A stretch of DNA of 64,000 nt from Dudresnaya verticillata (Eukaryota), in the NCBI GenBank assembly GCA_977862235.1, contig OZ374561.1, forward strand, positions 124,001-188,000. The letters are read 5' to 3'. The position numbers and the translations under genes were made by a program. Below are positions 11,452 to 22,464 of this stretch, one piece after another. The stretch's first letter is position 1. Each line of letters starts with the position of its first letter. Under the pieces are notes generated by a model. The model searched no databases and had not been told where the DNA came from. It was given only the letters and a program-made list of their open reading frames with translations.

Positions 11452-14400
11452 GATCATGGTTGTTTGGTTGGGCTAGACTCCTCCCGCCACGGACAGTAAG
11501 CTTGCGTGACTGCAAACTGCGTCAGACTGACGTTGTGGAGTCCCCTCTCGTTGTTGCCCAATTTGGCCATTCGTTTGAAGCTCAAACAGTTGTCGCTGCC
11601 CTCAGCGGAAGAAAGTTGTTCAAAATTGGCATAGGTGAAGTCGAGCGAGCGCCCTTCAGTTTGATATGCGCGGGATTCTTGAGGCTTTGTAGAGTGCGGA
11701 GACAACTCCTCTGGCAACACAGCATGCAGAAATGCTTCATATGCCATCTTTTCGTGGCCATCCGTAGCGGAGTACTCCAGTCCCGCCATATGTTCAAGAA
11801 GTGGAAAAGTTCCAAGTTCTTTTGTGGCCTGACCGATGGCCTTTCGCGGGATCTTTCAAGCATAAACTAGCAAGAAGGTAATATCCTGTACCTCAATTTT
11901 GTTAAAGAACTGTACATTGTTGTGCTTTTGTGCTCTCGAGACGACGCGGTCGGCTGTTCTGACTACTTTTGACGCCTACTGTGCTAATCTTGCATGATTT
12001 TTGAGGTTCCACCGCGAGCCACTCCCTTGGAAGGAATCTTTTCTGCTGCACATTACGTCTACTGTAGCAGCAGTGACACTACAGCTACGATGTGAAGGTA
12101 AGATAATATTACTGCCGATTTGGTCCCATTTTAGAACATATCAGTCTCAATAAATGCATGCAATGGCGCAGATCAGCAGCTTGAAGAACGTCTCCTTCAG
12201 AACTGGAACTTGTTGCAACCGTCCATTGGCAGATGACACAATTAGCCAAAAGACATTCTTCTCCTTCATGCGGGGGTGCTTTCGGCATGCCTCCGGTAAC
12301 TTCATGTTAAGCCGTTCGTCATGATTGTTTGAGCAAAGCGTTGAGGTTCGTTCTGTTGCACCCTGGTTGAAGGTTCAACGTTGGAGGTACAACCAACTGT
12401 TCAGGTTGCAGAGATATATTTGGACTGTATCGCAATGATGTTCTTCGAGCGCATACAGTAGTGCCACGTTCGAAGGAAAGCAATCGTACGGCTATGTAGT
12501 TAGAAGCAATCGAACAGTTCTGTAGTTGGACACGAAGGAACTTCCTCAACCACTTCCAGACATGTTTCTCATTTTTGTCACAGAAGCACCTCAAAGTAAA
12601 GGCTGAAGTGCAGTGCCATGAGGACACGCTGCTTATCCGAATGCGTCACGGAGCTTACATCTGTTACTGGTGCCTGTGGGTTTATTCCTTCTCCAGTACA
12701 TGTTGCACATGGACTTGGTGCTACTGTACTGTGCACAGTTTCTGCAACATGATGTTGCGTGGTTTTGTCGAGTGATTAGCGCAGTGCCTGGGACAATACA
12801 ATAGCGTGCTACTCTGTTGTTGCGTAGAGCGCTGACCCCCTATCCTTATCCCGTTGCAGGAGCCATGAATACCCAGAGAGCTATGGTGCGAATGATTTTA
12901 GGGTTCTTTGTCTCCACAGAAAGCTTTAATCTTTATAATCATGGCTCACCATTCGAGGTAAGACAATAGCTTCCTAAGTGCTATAATATTTAGTAGCAGT
13001 GTCACACCCACTCGAATTCCGCGATGGAAGCGGAGCCGGAGCATTCATGAGCCTGTGCAGCCGCTAACGATAGTACCGCGCTTTTCCCCTTGGTCTAGTA
13101 AGGCATAGCCTTCAAGGCGTTAATACAGTAGTTGCACAACATTCTGATACCTAGAGAGTAGGATCGCTGCGGCATTGAGTGGTTCCTGTCACATAAACGC
13201 AGCATGTATTGCACAATAGAACCATAGAACACTGCTGTGCAATAAATGTTTGACTTTTTCTATAGGACGATCCCAATAGGCTTTGGCATACCCCGGGAGC
13301 ACCTTGCGTAGCTGCATACGGTTACAAGAGCTATCGCAGAATACTGTATATTGTACATAATGACAGGGCATTATGGTGATGAGAGAACGCAGCAACGTCG
13401 GTACCTAACATTTCTTTGTTATCTGGTTGAGTACATGCTAAACACTTTTTTACTTCGATCTTGTCCTCGTCCAAGCAGAATACGAGTGCGGTACTGAGCA
13501 CCGGGAATGAATCATACCACCTCCGACGCAGTCAAAATCAGGCAGGCGGATGCGGCGGATGTAGCAAGACAGATGTGATTGTCGCAGGCGAGACCCGGCC
13601 ACAATAAGGTTACTGTGCTGTAGTGCCTCACTTTGCTGCACCACGAGTGTGTCGGCAGTGTGTGGTCCAGCGAGGCCAAAGTTTAACCGAGTTTTCGCGT
13701 TACGGAAAGCCCAGCTTGGGCGTCACCTCGTTATGATATGAGTCACGTTCCGTCATGACTGACGAACACCTGAGAGAACTGTTTTAAGCTCAGGGCGAGC
13801 GAGAAGGTGCATCTATGTGCGCGCGCAAATGTTGGGCGTGAACATAGCCTGGGGAGTAGATGTTGCATGTGCTTGTATAATTCAAGGGTTTGATGACACC
13901 AAGCGCGCGGGAACTACTGTATAAAGCCATGGCTCCTCACAAAGGGCTACCATACCTTTCCCGTCCCAATGTATGGTACTAAAAGAGCCCTCGCTTTCCA
14001 AAAAGCAAGCGCAGCATCTGCATATCTGTGTCGGAATCTGTTTTCGAAGCCCTCTGACACTTGTCTTCCACTAGAAACTGAAGCGGAGGAACAGAAGTGT
14101 AGCTAAGCCACCGGCAAAGTGCCTTCCGAGTCCAAGAGGCGGGAGATCCGGGGAGTAAACGACGCAAGATGGGCTCTTCCGTGCTTCCCAGAGGGGGTTC
14201 AAGTTTGGAAAGTTTGCCGTTTGCCGGGCGCGGCAAGTTTTTGGCGGGCTTACGGGCTGAGATTAGCAACCGCAGTCACGGGTTGCCGTTTTTTTCTTGG
14301 TGGAGAGCCGAGTGTGAGAAAGGGAAGTCAACGTGTTTGGACAGTTTGCAAAGTCAAATCTGTGAAGGGACTGGACTGCCGTCATCGTCTTTGCCGGACA

Positions 14401-16854
14401 GCCATTGAGCTGGATTTGCCTTGCGTCAGGTCTTCCACATGCTAGCAGGTCCTTAGCCCAGGACTTGAGGACTTGAGACTGTTGACGAAAAGGCTGCGTG
14501 TCGAACGGCAAAACGAATGGCGCGTACTGCACACGCAGTCGGCGGTGGGGTGGCGTGCTAGTCGATGGCAGTGCAGGACTGGGCTGGACGGCGACGCTTC
14601 GCAGTCCAGCAACAACGCCGCTGGCGTCTGATAGCGTCGCGCCAGCTGGGTGGAGCAGACTGCCGCTCGGGCTGAGAGCAGCGACGGGTTCCTCTCTTGG
14701 ATGGTAACGGGGTGTAATACGGGGGCGCGTGGAAACAGCGCGGAATCCCTCGATAAATGCATAGGGAATAGTTGCATACCTTTGAGTTAGCTGTGCCTTC
14801 GCATTTAGCTTTTGTATCTTTGGAAGCGTGCAACTTTTTTTTCCCAGAAAACAACAATGTGTCCTTCTCTGTATTTTTGTATGCGCACGTGACTTTTACA
14901 AACGCGCACGGTGCATGGAGAGTGCATACTGCACACACACCGCCGTCTTCCCACAAGTGTCAGTAGTGCCCGTCATTGCACACGTCAGAGCTAGTTGGGC
15001 AGATACTCTTCAGATGAGGCGTGTGCATCGAGGACTTTTCTTTGAAAAGACGACTTTAGAAAAAGATGTTCCCGACTGTCGGAGCGACTGCGCCGAGAAA
15101 GTGCCCGACAAGAGTTGCCTCACAGTACGTGAGCTTCAGAATCCCTATATATAGCGTGGAAGAGAGCAGAGGTTGCGTAGCAACGCATAACGAAGAATAG
15201 CGAATGCGGGATGCAATAAACGAGTAAGAAACACACGGGGTGGCATGACGTGACTGGGGCAAAGTAACTTTGTTTCATACCTTCGATCAGATCAAGCGTT
15301 TCCACGGCGCGCGTGGCACTCTGGAGCGCGGCTTCGCGATGGAACCCAGCGTGACAGCGCGGGACCGTTCGGGGCATGCGTGCCGCAAGACAGGTTGTTG
15401 CGAGAGGTTCTTCGCCGCACGCCTCGAAGCCGTCAGACATTGCAGCCAAGCGCCGAGCCCTGCCTCGACGAGAGGCTGTGTCTGTGTCGACCTTCAGTTG
15501 ACTGACTTCAACAGGGGCGGCTCTTTCCCACTGCTGCCGCCGTGCGTGTCCGGCTGTCCGCACTCCGCGCGGGATTGATGCCGGCTGCGGAAGACATCTC
15601 CAGTCTCCGTCGCGGTGACCCGGCCGCTCCCAAGAAGACTGTTCTCGTCGAGCATCTTTTCAGCAGTTGCATGCGGAGGGGGCCTGCTTCGTCACATTCA
15701 GACACTGTAACCCTCGTACGTAACGAAGCCCGGGCGCGGCCGCGTGTAGAGGGGGACTGGCGAGGCTCGTACAGAGGGTGGCAGCTATGCAGCCACGTGG
15801 GTTGGGGCAGTTGCGGCCCAGCGTATTCAGGGGTAGATCTTTGCGCGGGGAGCGACCAGTTTAGCGGTGCTACCGTAGCGGTGCAGGGTTTTGTGGGGCG
15901 GCTCATGCATGCCTGCACATGGCGCAACAGAACGATGGTCGCCGATGATGAGGCGGCCCCATGCTCTCACGATGCACGGCTAGCTCGACAAGACTTGTAG
16001 CACAAGTAGGATCACCACAGAGGCGCTGCAATCCGGACTCTCTAGCGTGAACAGTTCACTCTGGCACCACTCCCGCTCCCTTGCGTCCCTTGCGCAGCGC
16101 GCGCTCCCTTGCGGCGAGAAAAGACTTTCAAGACCGGAAGGAATTCTGACGCAAGATGGGCAGATTACCATGGGGGGGTCGTGCATGTTCGCGTCGAACA
16201 GAAAGTCGCAACTGCCCGCACCGCCGCACGAAGGTGAACAGAAGCGAACGAAATTGGACAAGCATTGCATGATGCAACTACGCACAGCGGATGACACAGT
16301 CCTTCCCGCCTTCACGCGCGCGCACGCGGGAAAAGATAAAAACAGTCACGGGAGGGTGTGTGCACTGCGTTGCGCGTGGCGCAAATCATCACTGCGGCGG
16401 GTCACGGACGTTGGGGGCGAAGAAGTGATTGGGGCGGTGTGAGTCGTTTGAGCGACAGTTGCACTCGTTGCACTTGTCCCCACACAAGGACAAAGAACTT
16501 GGGCAAGTGTTGCGCACCCGTCCCCCCATAGCGGCTGTGATCAGCCTGTTGTTTGTTGACGTCAAGTGTGGAGTGGACGCAGGGGAGCGTACCGAAGCGG
16601 TTCAAGTTCCAGAAGGTAACGAGTCAGAGGGTTACGACGTCGGGCATCGACGTGATTGCAACTAGGCGGTGAATGCGCGTGTGTGGATGAGTTGTGCCGG
16701 TTTGGTGGTGACTGCGGTGATGAAGTGTGCACATGCAGGCGGTGGTGGACAGGTAGGTGTTTTGTGGCGAGGAACGGAGCGTACCTTTGGTACTGCAACA
16801 ATGACGTTTGTGTTGCCAGGCTGCTACCGGCCTGGAGGTTCCTGGAGGCAGGCA

Positions 16855-16943
16855 GGCAGACAGGGCGCCTACCGGGAGGCAGGCCGGCAGACAGGGCGCC
16901 TACCGGGAGGCAGGCCGGCAGACAGGGCGCCTACCTGGAGGCA
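16855..16943. repeat. 31-bp minisatellite, ~3 copies
   Basis: Unit GGCAGACAGGGCGCCTACCGGGAGGCAGGCC at 16855 and 16886, partial variant copy at 16917. Confidence 0.9.
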
Positions 16944-17029
16944 ACAGGCTGGCTTGACATGGGCAGAGTTTGTTTGGCACATACAGCAGTGTCAGAGTCT
17001 GATATGTTCTAATTGTTGCCGGGTACGAG

Positions 17030-17366
17030 CGCGCGTGCGGGCGAAACGGCGCCTGCCGCGCGAGCGGGAGCAACGGGAAGGGCGCGCGACAGTTTGTCGG
17101 GCTGCGGCGCGGCGTAACTGGGAATGAATGCGAAACTGCCACAGCGTCAAGCGTGCGGCATTATTGCCGTATTGTCGCCAACAGCGCGGTGCAGCAGCGC
17201 GGACGGCAGGCGCAAGAGGGCGGCAGACGGCGCGTTTGTGTGGACGGCGTCACCAGCACCACCGGTATCTTCTCTATCTCACGGGATGCGTGCGGGCGGA
17301 GAAAGGGCGGGCGGACTGGCGGGGCCGGCGCGCTCCCGCGTGCGTGCGTGCGTGCGTGCGTGCGTG

Positions 17367-17425
<59 letters not shown>

Positions 17426-18556
17426 AGTACGGTATGTGTTTGATGAGCGTGAGGTGCAGTTTGTCATCAGACAGCCGCGGGCCGAGACGGCGGCGGCTGC
17501 GGCGACGACGGCGGCGGCATTTGAACGCGGACAGGGGCGCGACTTGTTCGTTGCATCACACCCAAGCATCACCACAATCACACACGCAGAGTTTGGCGGC
17601 GTCGCGCGACGCGCCGCGTGTCCCATGACGATAAACGCGGCGCGGCGCACGCGCGCGCGGCGCCGGCGCGTCGAAAAGGTGGCCACGCGGTGTAAGCCGC
17701 GCAAGTTGATCTGGCATTGCGTCATGCGCGTCACGCCGCCGCGCCAATTCACACGCGCGCGCGCCGCGGAGGCGGACCGGCACCGCGCCCCGCGCCACCG
17801 CCAGCGCTTCGCGTGGCGCGCGCGCGCGCCTCAAAAACTGCGCCGCGCCCTTCTTGCTGCCTGCGCCGCCCCGTTCCACAGCCCGCGTTGATTCACAACG
17901 CCCCGACCGGCCCCGCCCCCGCGCGTCACGCACACACCAACACCCTCGCCTGTGGCACACACACACACACACACCACACCGCGCTACACACCACACCACA
18001 CTCGTCACCTGCGCCCGCTCCGCCAACGCGCAGCCGCCGATCCTCGCCCCTTCCGCCCGCCCACGCCCCCGCCGAGTCCCCGAGCCTTGCGCCAACGTCT
18101 TCCACCGTCGCCCCTCCCGCGCCGTTCCATCCTCTCACCGCGCCCCTCTCACACCGTGTGCCCGACGCTTCGCCCCTCCCGGCTTCCGTTTCGTCCCTCA
18201 CTCAGTCCGCATACCCTTCCCGCCCCCCTCCCCTCGCCCCTCGCGCCCCACCCCACCCCTCCCGCCGCCCGCCCACCGGTGGCCCCTTCCCTCCTCTTCC
18301 GCTCCATCGCTCCGCTCCAGCTGCCCGCCCACCCGCCACTCCGCTCTCGCCGCCCCGCGCCCGCGCCTGTGCCCGCGCCTGCGCCCGCGCCCGCGCCCAC
18401 GCACCCTCCCGTGCGCGCCAACACGGCACTGCCCACCGTGAATCTCGTGCACCGCCGGTACTGGCACCCTTGAAAGCCTTCTTTGCCGCCCTTGTAAGTC
18501 CGACAGCTGCCCTGTCTGCACCCCGGGTCCTCGCCCCCGCCGCCCGCACCGCAACC
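17030..18556 (+). promoter_or_regulatory. GC/CpG-rich promoter and 5' leader of the kinase gene
   Basis: Very high CG-dinucleotide density; G-rich upstream switching to C-rich towards the ATG; CCAAT at 17744, TTTGAA at 17520. Confidence 0.5.
17338..17423. repeat. Compound (GCGT)n/(GT)n microsatellite
   Basis: Read directly from the sequence. Confidence 0.95.
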
Positions 18557-20851
18557 ATGCCGCGCCGCCCCAACGAGGACTGGCGCCGCGCCAGTGGAAG
18601 CCTCAACAAGCGCTCTATCCGCACCGCCTTGTTCGACGCCGCCGCACGCAGCGCCGACTCCTTCTCTTCCGTCGCCGGTCGCTGGTCGCTTTCCCGGAGG
18701 CGACGCTCGCGCACCGCCTCCGACCACAAGGCCCGTCTTCGCAAACGCCGCTCCTTCCACACCGCACCGCCGCCGTACGATGACGGCACGCCCTCCATGC
18801 ACACCAATACGCCTTTCGTCATCGCAACCTCCGCCGATCATCAGCGCGCTTCTGCTGCAGCCGGCCCCACCGGGGCCGCCCCGCCCCCGACCAACGCCGC
18901 TGCTCGCTATGCTTCCTTCGGCTCGGATGGGCCCTCTGCCGCTTCCTTACGCCTCGCAGAGCAACAGGCTGGTGCTGGACCGGCTGGTGCTGCGTCGTCT
19001 GCTGAGGCTAACCGTTTCGTCCACCCGGCCCTCCGCCCAACATTTGATGCGCTCCGTCTTCTTCGCAAGATTCCCGAAGTCATGGCCGGCTGGGTCCAGA
19101 TTCGCGTTGTAGCATCTCCTGCTCGTCTGCGCTGGAGCTCTTGGGGAATGTTCTGGGCCGAGCTGCGTGGTGGTTACTTGTTGCTGACACGCGAGCACAA
19201 CTCCCAGACGGCCGTCAGCGACACCTGCGCCCGCAACCCTGTTGACTTCATCTTTGGTGCCACCCACTGTACGATCGCGCGCACTGTCTCGCGTTCTGGC
19301 ACCGTTCGACTTCGCCTCAGACGAGTTTCCGGGCGCAGACAGGATGGCTCCGTCAGCTCACCCGCGTCTGGTATTGTGGAGGGAGCAGATGGAAACTTGA
19401 TCAACTCCGAAGATGCTCGTCTCTCCGAGCGCTCGACTAAGAGCAACAGCGAGAGACGTGGCCTGAGTGGCAAGGTTGCTAACTTTGCAGCGAAGATGCG
19501 TGGAAAGGTATCTGGGGGGGTTGTCAATACAGGGGAGATTAGCATCATCGATGATTCCACAGCGGATCTTGTGCTCAAGATTCCTAGCGCACCCGAGGCT
19601 GATAAATGGGAGTGGGCGCTGAGGAATGCCACCCAAGTGTACGAGTCGAAGCCACTTGGTGATTTTCAGCTCATCGATGCATTGGGTGCTGGGGCTTTTG
19701 GAAGGGTGTATCTTGTTCACGATTCTGTCAAGCACGAGTATCTTGCCCTCAAGGTACTAGACAAGAGCCTTGTATTCAGGGATCGCTTGCATTTTGAGAG
19801 TGCTGTCAATGAGCGACTCACCCTGGAGCTCGTCCGCGGTAAGCCCTTCATGGCACAGCTCCGCTACGCCTTTCAGACTCGGAATTGCTTGTACCTCGTA
19901 ACCGACTTTTATGAGGGCGGCGACTTGTTCTCTTTCTTGCGCTCGCACCACAACGATGTTCGCGAGTGCCAGGCCATTCGCATCATCGCCGAGGTCGTGC
20001 TCGCCCTACAGAGCATGCATGAGATGGGTATTGTATACAGGGACCTCAAGCCGGAGAATGTGCTTCTTGATCGAGATGGGCACGTGAGGCTTGCCGACCT
20101 CGGTCTTGCCAAGTTGCTCGACCGTGACAATGACTACTTGACAAGCACGATTTGCGGCTCTCTTTCGTACGCCGCTCCAGAGATGTTGAGTGAGAAGCAA
20201 TACGGAATCGCATTTGACATGTGGACGCTTGGTGTTTTCATATACCAAGTGCTCACCGGCGATATGCCCTTTGAGACCGAGAACAGAAGCAGACAAGAAA
20301 TTCTTGAGGATCAGCGAAAGGCGGATATCCCTCAGAACGGGCTCTCTGACGAAGGTTATACTCTTGTTTGTGCCTTGTTACGACCGAATCCATTGCGGCG
20401 TCCGACTTGCCAAGACCTGCGAGACTTTCCTCTGTTTGCAGGAATCGATTGGGATGAACTGACCGAGAAGCGGTGGCACCGAAACTCAGTCAAAGATGTA
20501 ATGGACAAGATTGCTGCAAGGGCGAAGCAGCATGAGCGCGTGAGTGGGTCAAATGATGCACCGAATGGGCAAAGTGATGCATTTCTGCTTCGCAACTTTG
20601 ACCCGGATGAATGGTCTGACATGAGCTTCAGTGACATTTCGGATGGAGCATCCACTGCCAGCTTTTTCCGGCCCGACTTTGGAGCTGTGGAAGACTTACC
20701 TCAGCTCACTAGAATGGTGCCCGGATGGAGCCTGACCTCAGACAATGCTGTGCCGTTGATAAAGCCGCAGCTTGCTGTCTCGCCGTTGATGATGAGCAGG
20801 CGAAACAGCGCCAGGTCGGCGAGACGGACTGGGGAGAAGAGGTACCACTGA
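18557..20851 (+). CDS. AGC-family Ser/Thr kinase with N-terminal PH-like domain (Akt/S6K-like)
   Basis: First in-frame ATG at 18557 (gcaaccATG), 764 aa. Kinase motifs LGAGAFGRV, ALK, YRDLKPEN, DLG, TICGS...APE; AGC tail IDWDEL...RNFD. PH-like motifs MAGWV...W...WAELRGGYL and EADKWEWAL. Confidence 0.92.
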   Translation: MPRRPNEDWRRASGSLNKRSIRTALFDAAARSADSFSSVAGRWSLSRRRRSRTASDHKARLRKRRSFHTAPPPYDDGTPSMHTNTPFVIATSADHQRASAAAGPTGAAPPPTNAAARYASFGSDGPSAASLRLAEQQAGAGPAGAASSAEANRFVHPALRPTFDALRLLRKIPEVMAGWVQIRVVASPARLRWSSWGMFWAELRGGYLLLTREHNSQTAVSDTCARNPVDFIFGATHCTIARTVSRSGTVRLRLRRVSGRRQDGSVSSPASGIVEGADGNLINSEDARLSERSTKSNSERRGLSGKVANFAAKMRGKVSGGVVNTGEISIIDDSTADLVLKIPSAPEADKWEWALRNATQVYESKPLGDFQLIDALGAGAFGRVYLVHDSVKHEYLALKVLDKSLVFRDRLHFESAVNERLTLELVRGKPFMAQLRYAFQTRNCLYLVTDFYEGGDLFSFLRSHHNDVRECQAIRIIAEVVLALQSMHEMGIVYRDLKPENVLLDRDGHVRLADLGLAKLLDRDNDYLTSTICGSLSYAAPEMLSEKQYGIAFDMWTLGVFIYQVLTGDMPFETENRSRQEILEDQRKADIPQNGLSDEGYTLVCALLRPNPLRRPTCQDLRDFPLFAGIDWDELTEKRWHRNSVKDVMDKIAARAKQHERVSGSNDAPNGQSDAFLLRNFDPDEWSDMSFSDISDGASTASFFRPDFGAVEDLPQLTRMVPGWSLTSDNAVPLIKPQLAVSPLMMSRRNSARSARRTGEKRYH

Positions 20852-21219
20852 TGATGGGAGAAGCTGTTTCGCAAGCACTCAAGTTCATTGTTCGTTCCGA
20901 GAATAGGATACTAATCGATTCCCTTACCGCTAATCGCACCGTTTCTTGCGGCTTCTGTATAAATATGTAGCCAGTGTTCCGTTGGATCGCAGCTTGCTGT
21001 ATGCGAAGCGAAACTTTGCTTCGTCCCCTGCGGTCGTGCAAGACAGGGATGTTTTGTTTCGAACCAAATGAACCTTCGATTCCTCCTCGTTTTCGGCATA
21101 CTCGAGAGATGCATTTCACTTTCACTTGCAGAACACGGTTAGTTTCATACTGTACTCGTCATTGAGCATTCTACCGTAGAACCCTCAATGACTTCGACGT
21201 GCATGAGCGGTCCGTCACG

Positions 21220-22464
21220 TCATTCCACGACCGTATCCTGGCCAGCACGCTCTACAATCATCCTCGCTATCGCTAGAGACGAAGTTGCTCCAGGGCTCGG
21301 TGCATTCCTCGTGTGCAAAACCCGCCCCCCAGCGGCATCCTCGAAAACGAAATCATCAACTAGCAGTCCGCAACGACTTACAGCCTGGCCACGAATCCCA
21401 CTCCTCCCCGGACCACGCCGCTCGAAATCACCAACCTCAAGCGCTGGGACGTACTCCCGCGCCGCATTAGCCGCCGCAGAAACAAACAAGCTCCTATAAG
21501 CCTCGCGCATCCCATACCGCGCGTATTTCGCACAGAGCCGCCAAAAACCAACATTACCCATCATCTGCGCCACATCTCGTACACGAAAGTCTGTCCAGGA
21601 GTACCCATCTCTAGCCAGCGCCACCACCGCGTTAGGCCCAACAATCACTTCATCCGACATGGTGCGCGTAAAATGAACCCCAAGGAAAGGAGCACCAGAC
21701 CCAGAGTCTGGCAGCGGGTAAATGTTCCCACGTATCCTCGCCGCCACGCTCTCGTTCGTCACGCGCAGATACTCACCCCGCACCGGCACGATCTGCGGAT
21801 GCGTAGCGCCGCCCAAAAGCTTTGCCACGCGGTCCGAATGCGCTCCAGCACACGTTATGACCTTTTCTGCCACCACCGCAGGCTCGTCCCCTGAGGTGAA
21901 AATGCGCACTTTGCCATCACTGTCTCGCAGGCCAGACACGCGGTGGTCCACTAGCACATGTCCGCCCATGTCCTGCACGTCATCGGCGAAGTGATGCGCT
22001 ACAAGACCCCAGTCGACTATGCCCGTATTCGGCGAATGTATCGCTGCCACACCGGCGCATTCTGGCTCCACGCGGCGTATCGCCATCGGACTGCCCAGTA
22101 GCTTCACATCCGGCACGCCATTCGCGACTGCATTTTCAAAGAGCTGCTTGAGCTGCGGCAATTCGTTCTCGCGGAGCGCAACAATCACCTTCCCGACTTT
22201 GCGATACGGGATGCCCTTTTGGTCAAAGTAGTCATAGCTGCGACGTAAGCCCTCCTGGCACAGCTTCGCTTTGAGCGACCCAGGCTTGTAGTAGATGCCA
22301 GCATGAACCACGCCCGAGTTGCGGCCTGTTTGGTGCTGTGCCACCGCCGGCTCAGCCTCTAGAACTGTAACTGACCGGCAACCACGCAAAAGAAGCTCTC
22401 GCGCTGTTGCTAGACCCAGGATTCCACCCCCTACCACTGCTATCTCACTATGCAATGCTGGCAT
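21220..22464 (-). CDS. L2HGDH: L-2-hydroxyglutarate dehydrogenase/oxidase (FAD-dependent)
   Basis: VVGGGILG Rossmann motif, HQTGRNSGVVHAGIYYKPGSLKAKLC, PFLGVHFT, GPNAV, NAPSPGATSSLAIA. Confidence 0.93.
   Translation of the reverse strand: MPALHSEIAVVGGGILGLATARELLLRGCRSVTVLEAEPAVAQHQTGRNSGVVHAGIYYKPGSLKAKLCQEGLRRSYDYFDQKGIPYRKVGKVIVALRENELPQLKQLFENAVANGVPDVKLLGSPMAIRRVEPECAGVAAIHSPNTGIVDWGLVAHHFADDVQDMGGHVLVDHRVSGLRDSDGKVRIFTSGDEPAVVAEKVITCAGAHSDRVAKLLGGATHPQIVPVRGEYLRVTNESVAARIRGNIYPLPDSGSGAPFLGVHFTRTMSDEVIVGPNAVVALARDGYSWTDFRVRDVAQMMGNVGFWRLCAKYARYGMREAYRSLFVSAAANAAREYVPALEVGDFERRGPGRSGIRGQAVSRCGLLVDDFVFEDAAGGRVLHTRNAPSPGATSSLAIARMIVERAGQDTVVE

Noticed and set aside
11454..12630. Short minus-strand ORFs downstream of the WD40 gene
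   Set aside because: Fragmented with no recognisable motif; cannot be distinguished from noncoding DNA.
16855..16943. 31-bp repeat as a CRISPR array
   Set aside because: Head-to-tail units without spacers, no cas genes, eukaryotic context.
17717..18556. 280-codon N-terminal extension of the kinase ORF
   Set aside because: Starts at TTG, has no in-frame ATG, and is low-complexity translation of C-rich leader DNA.
20080..20110. DLG motif as evidence for a GPCR kinase partnering the 7TM pair
   Set aside because: No RGS-homology domain, the PH-like region is N-terminal, and the activation loop is S6K/Akt-like.
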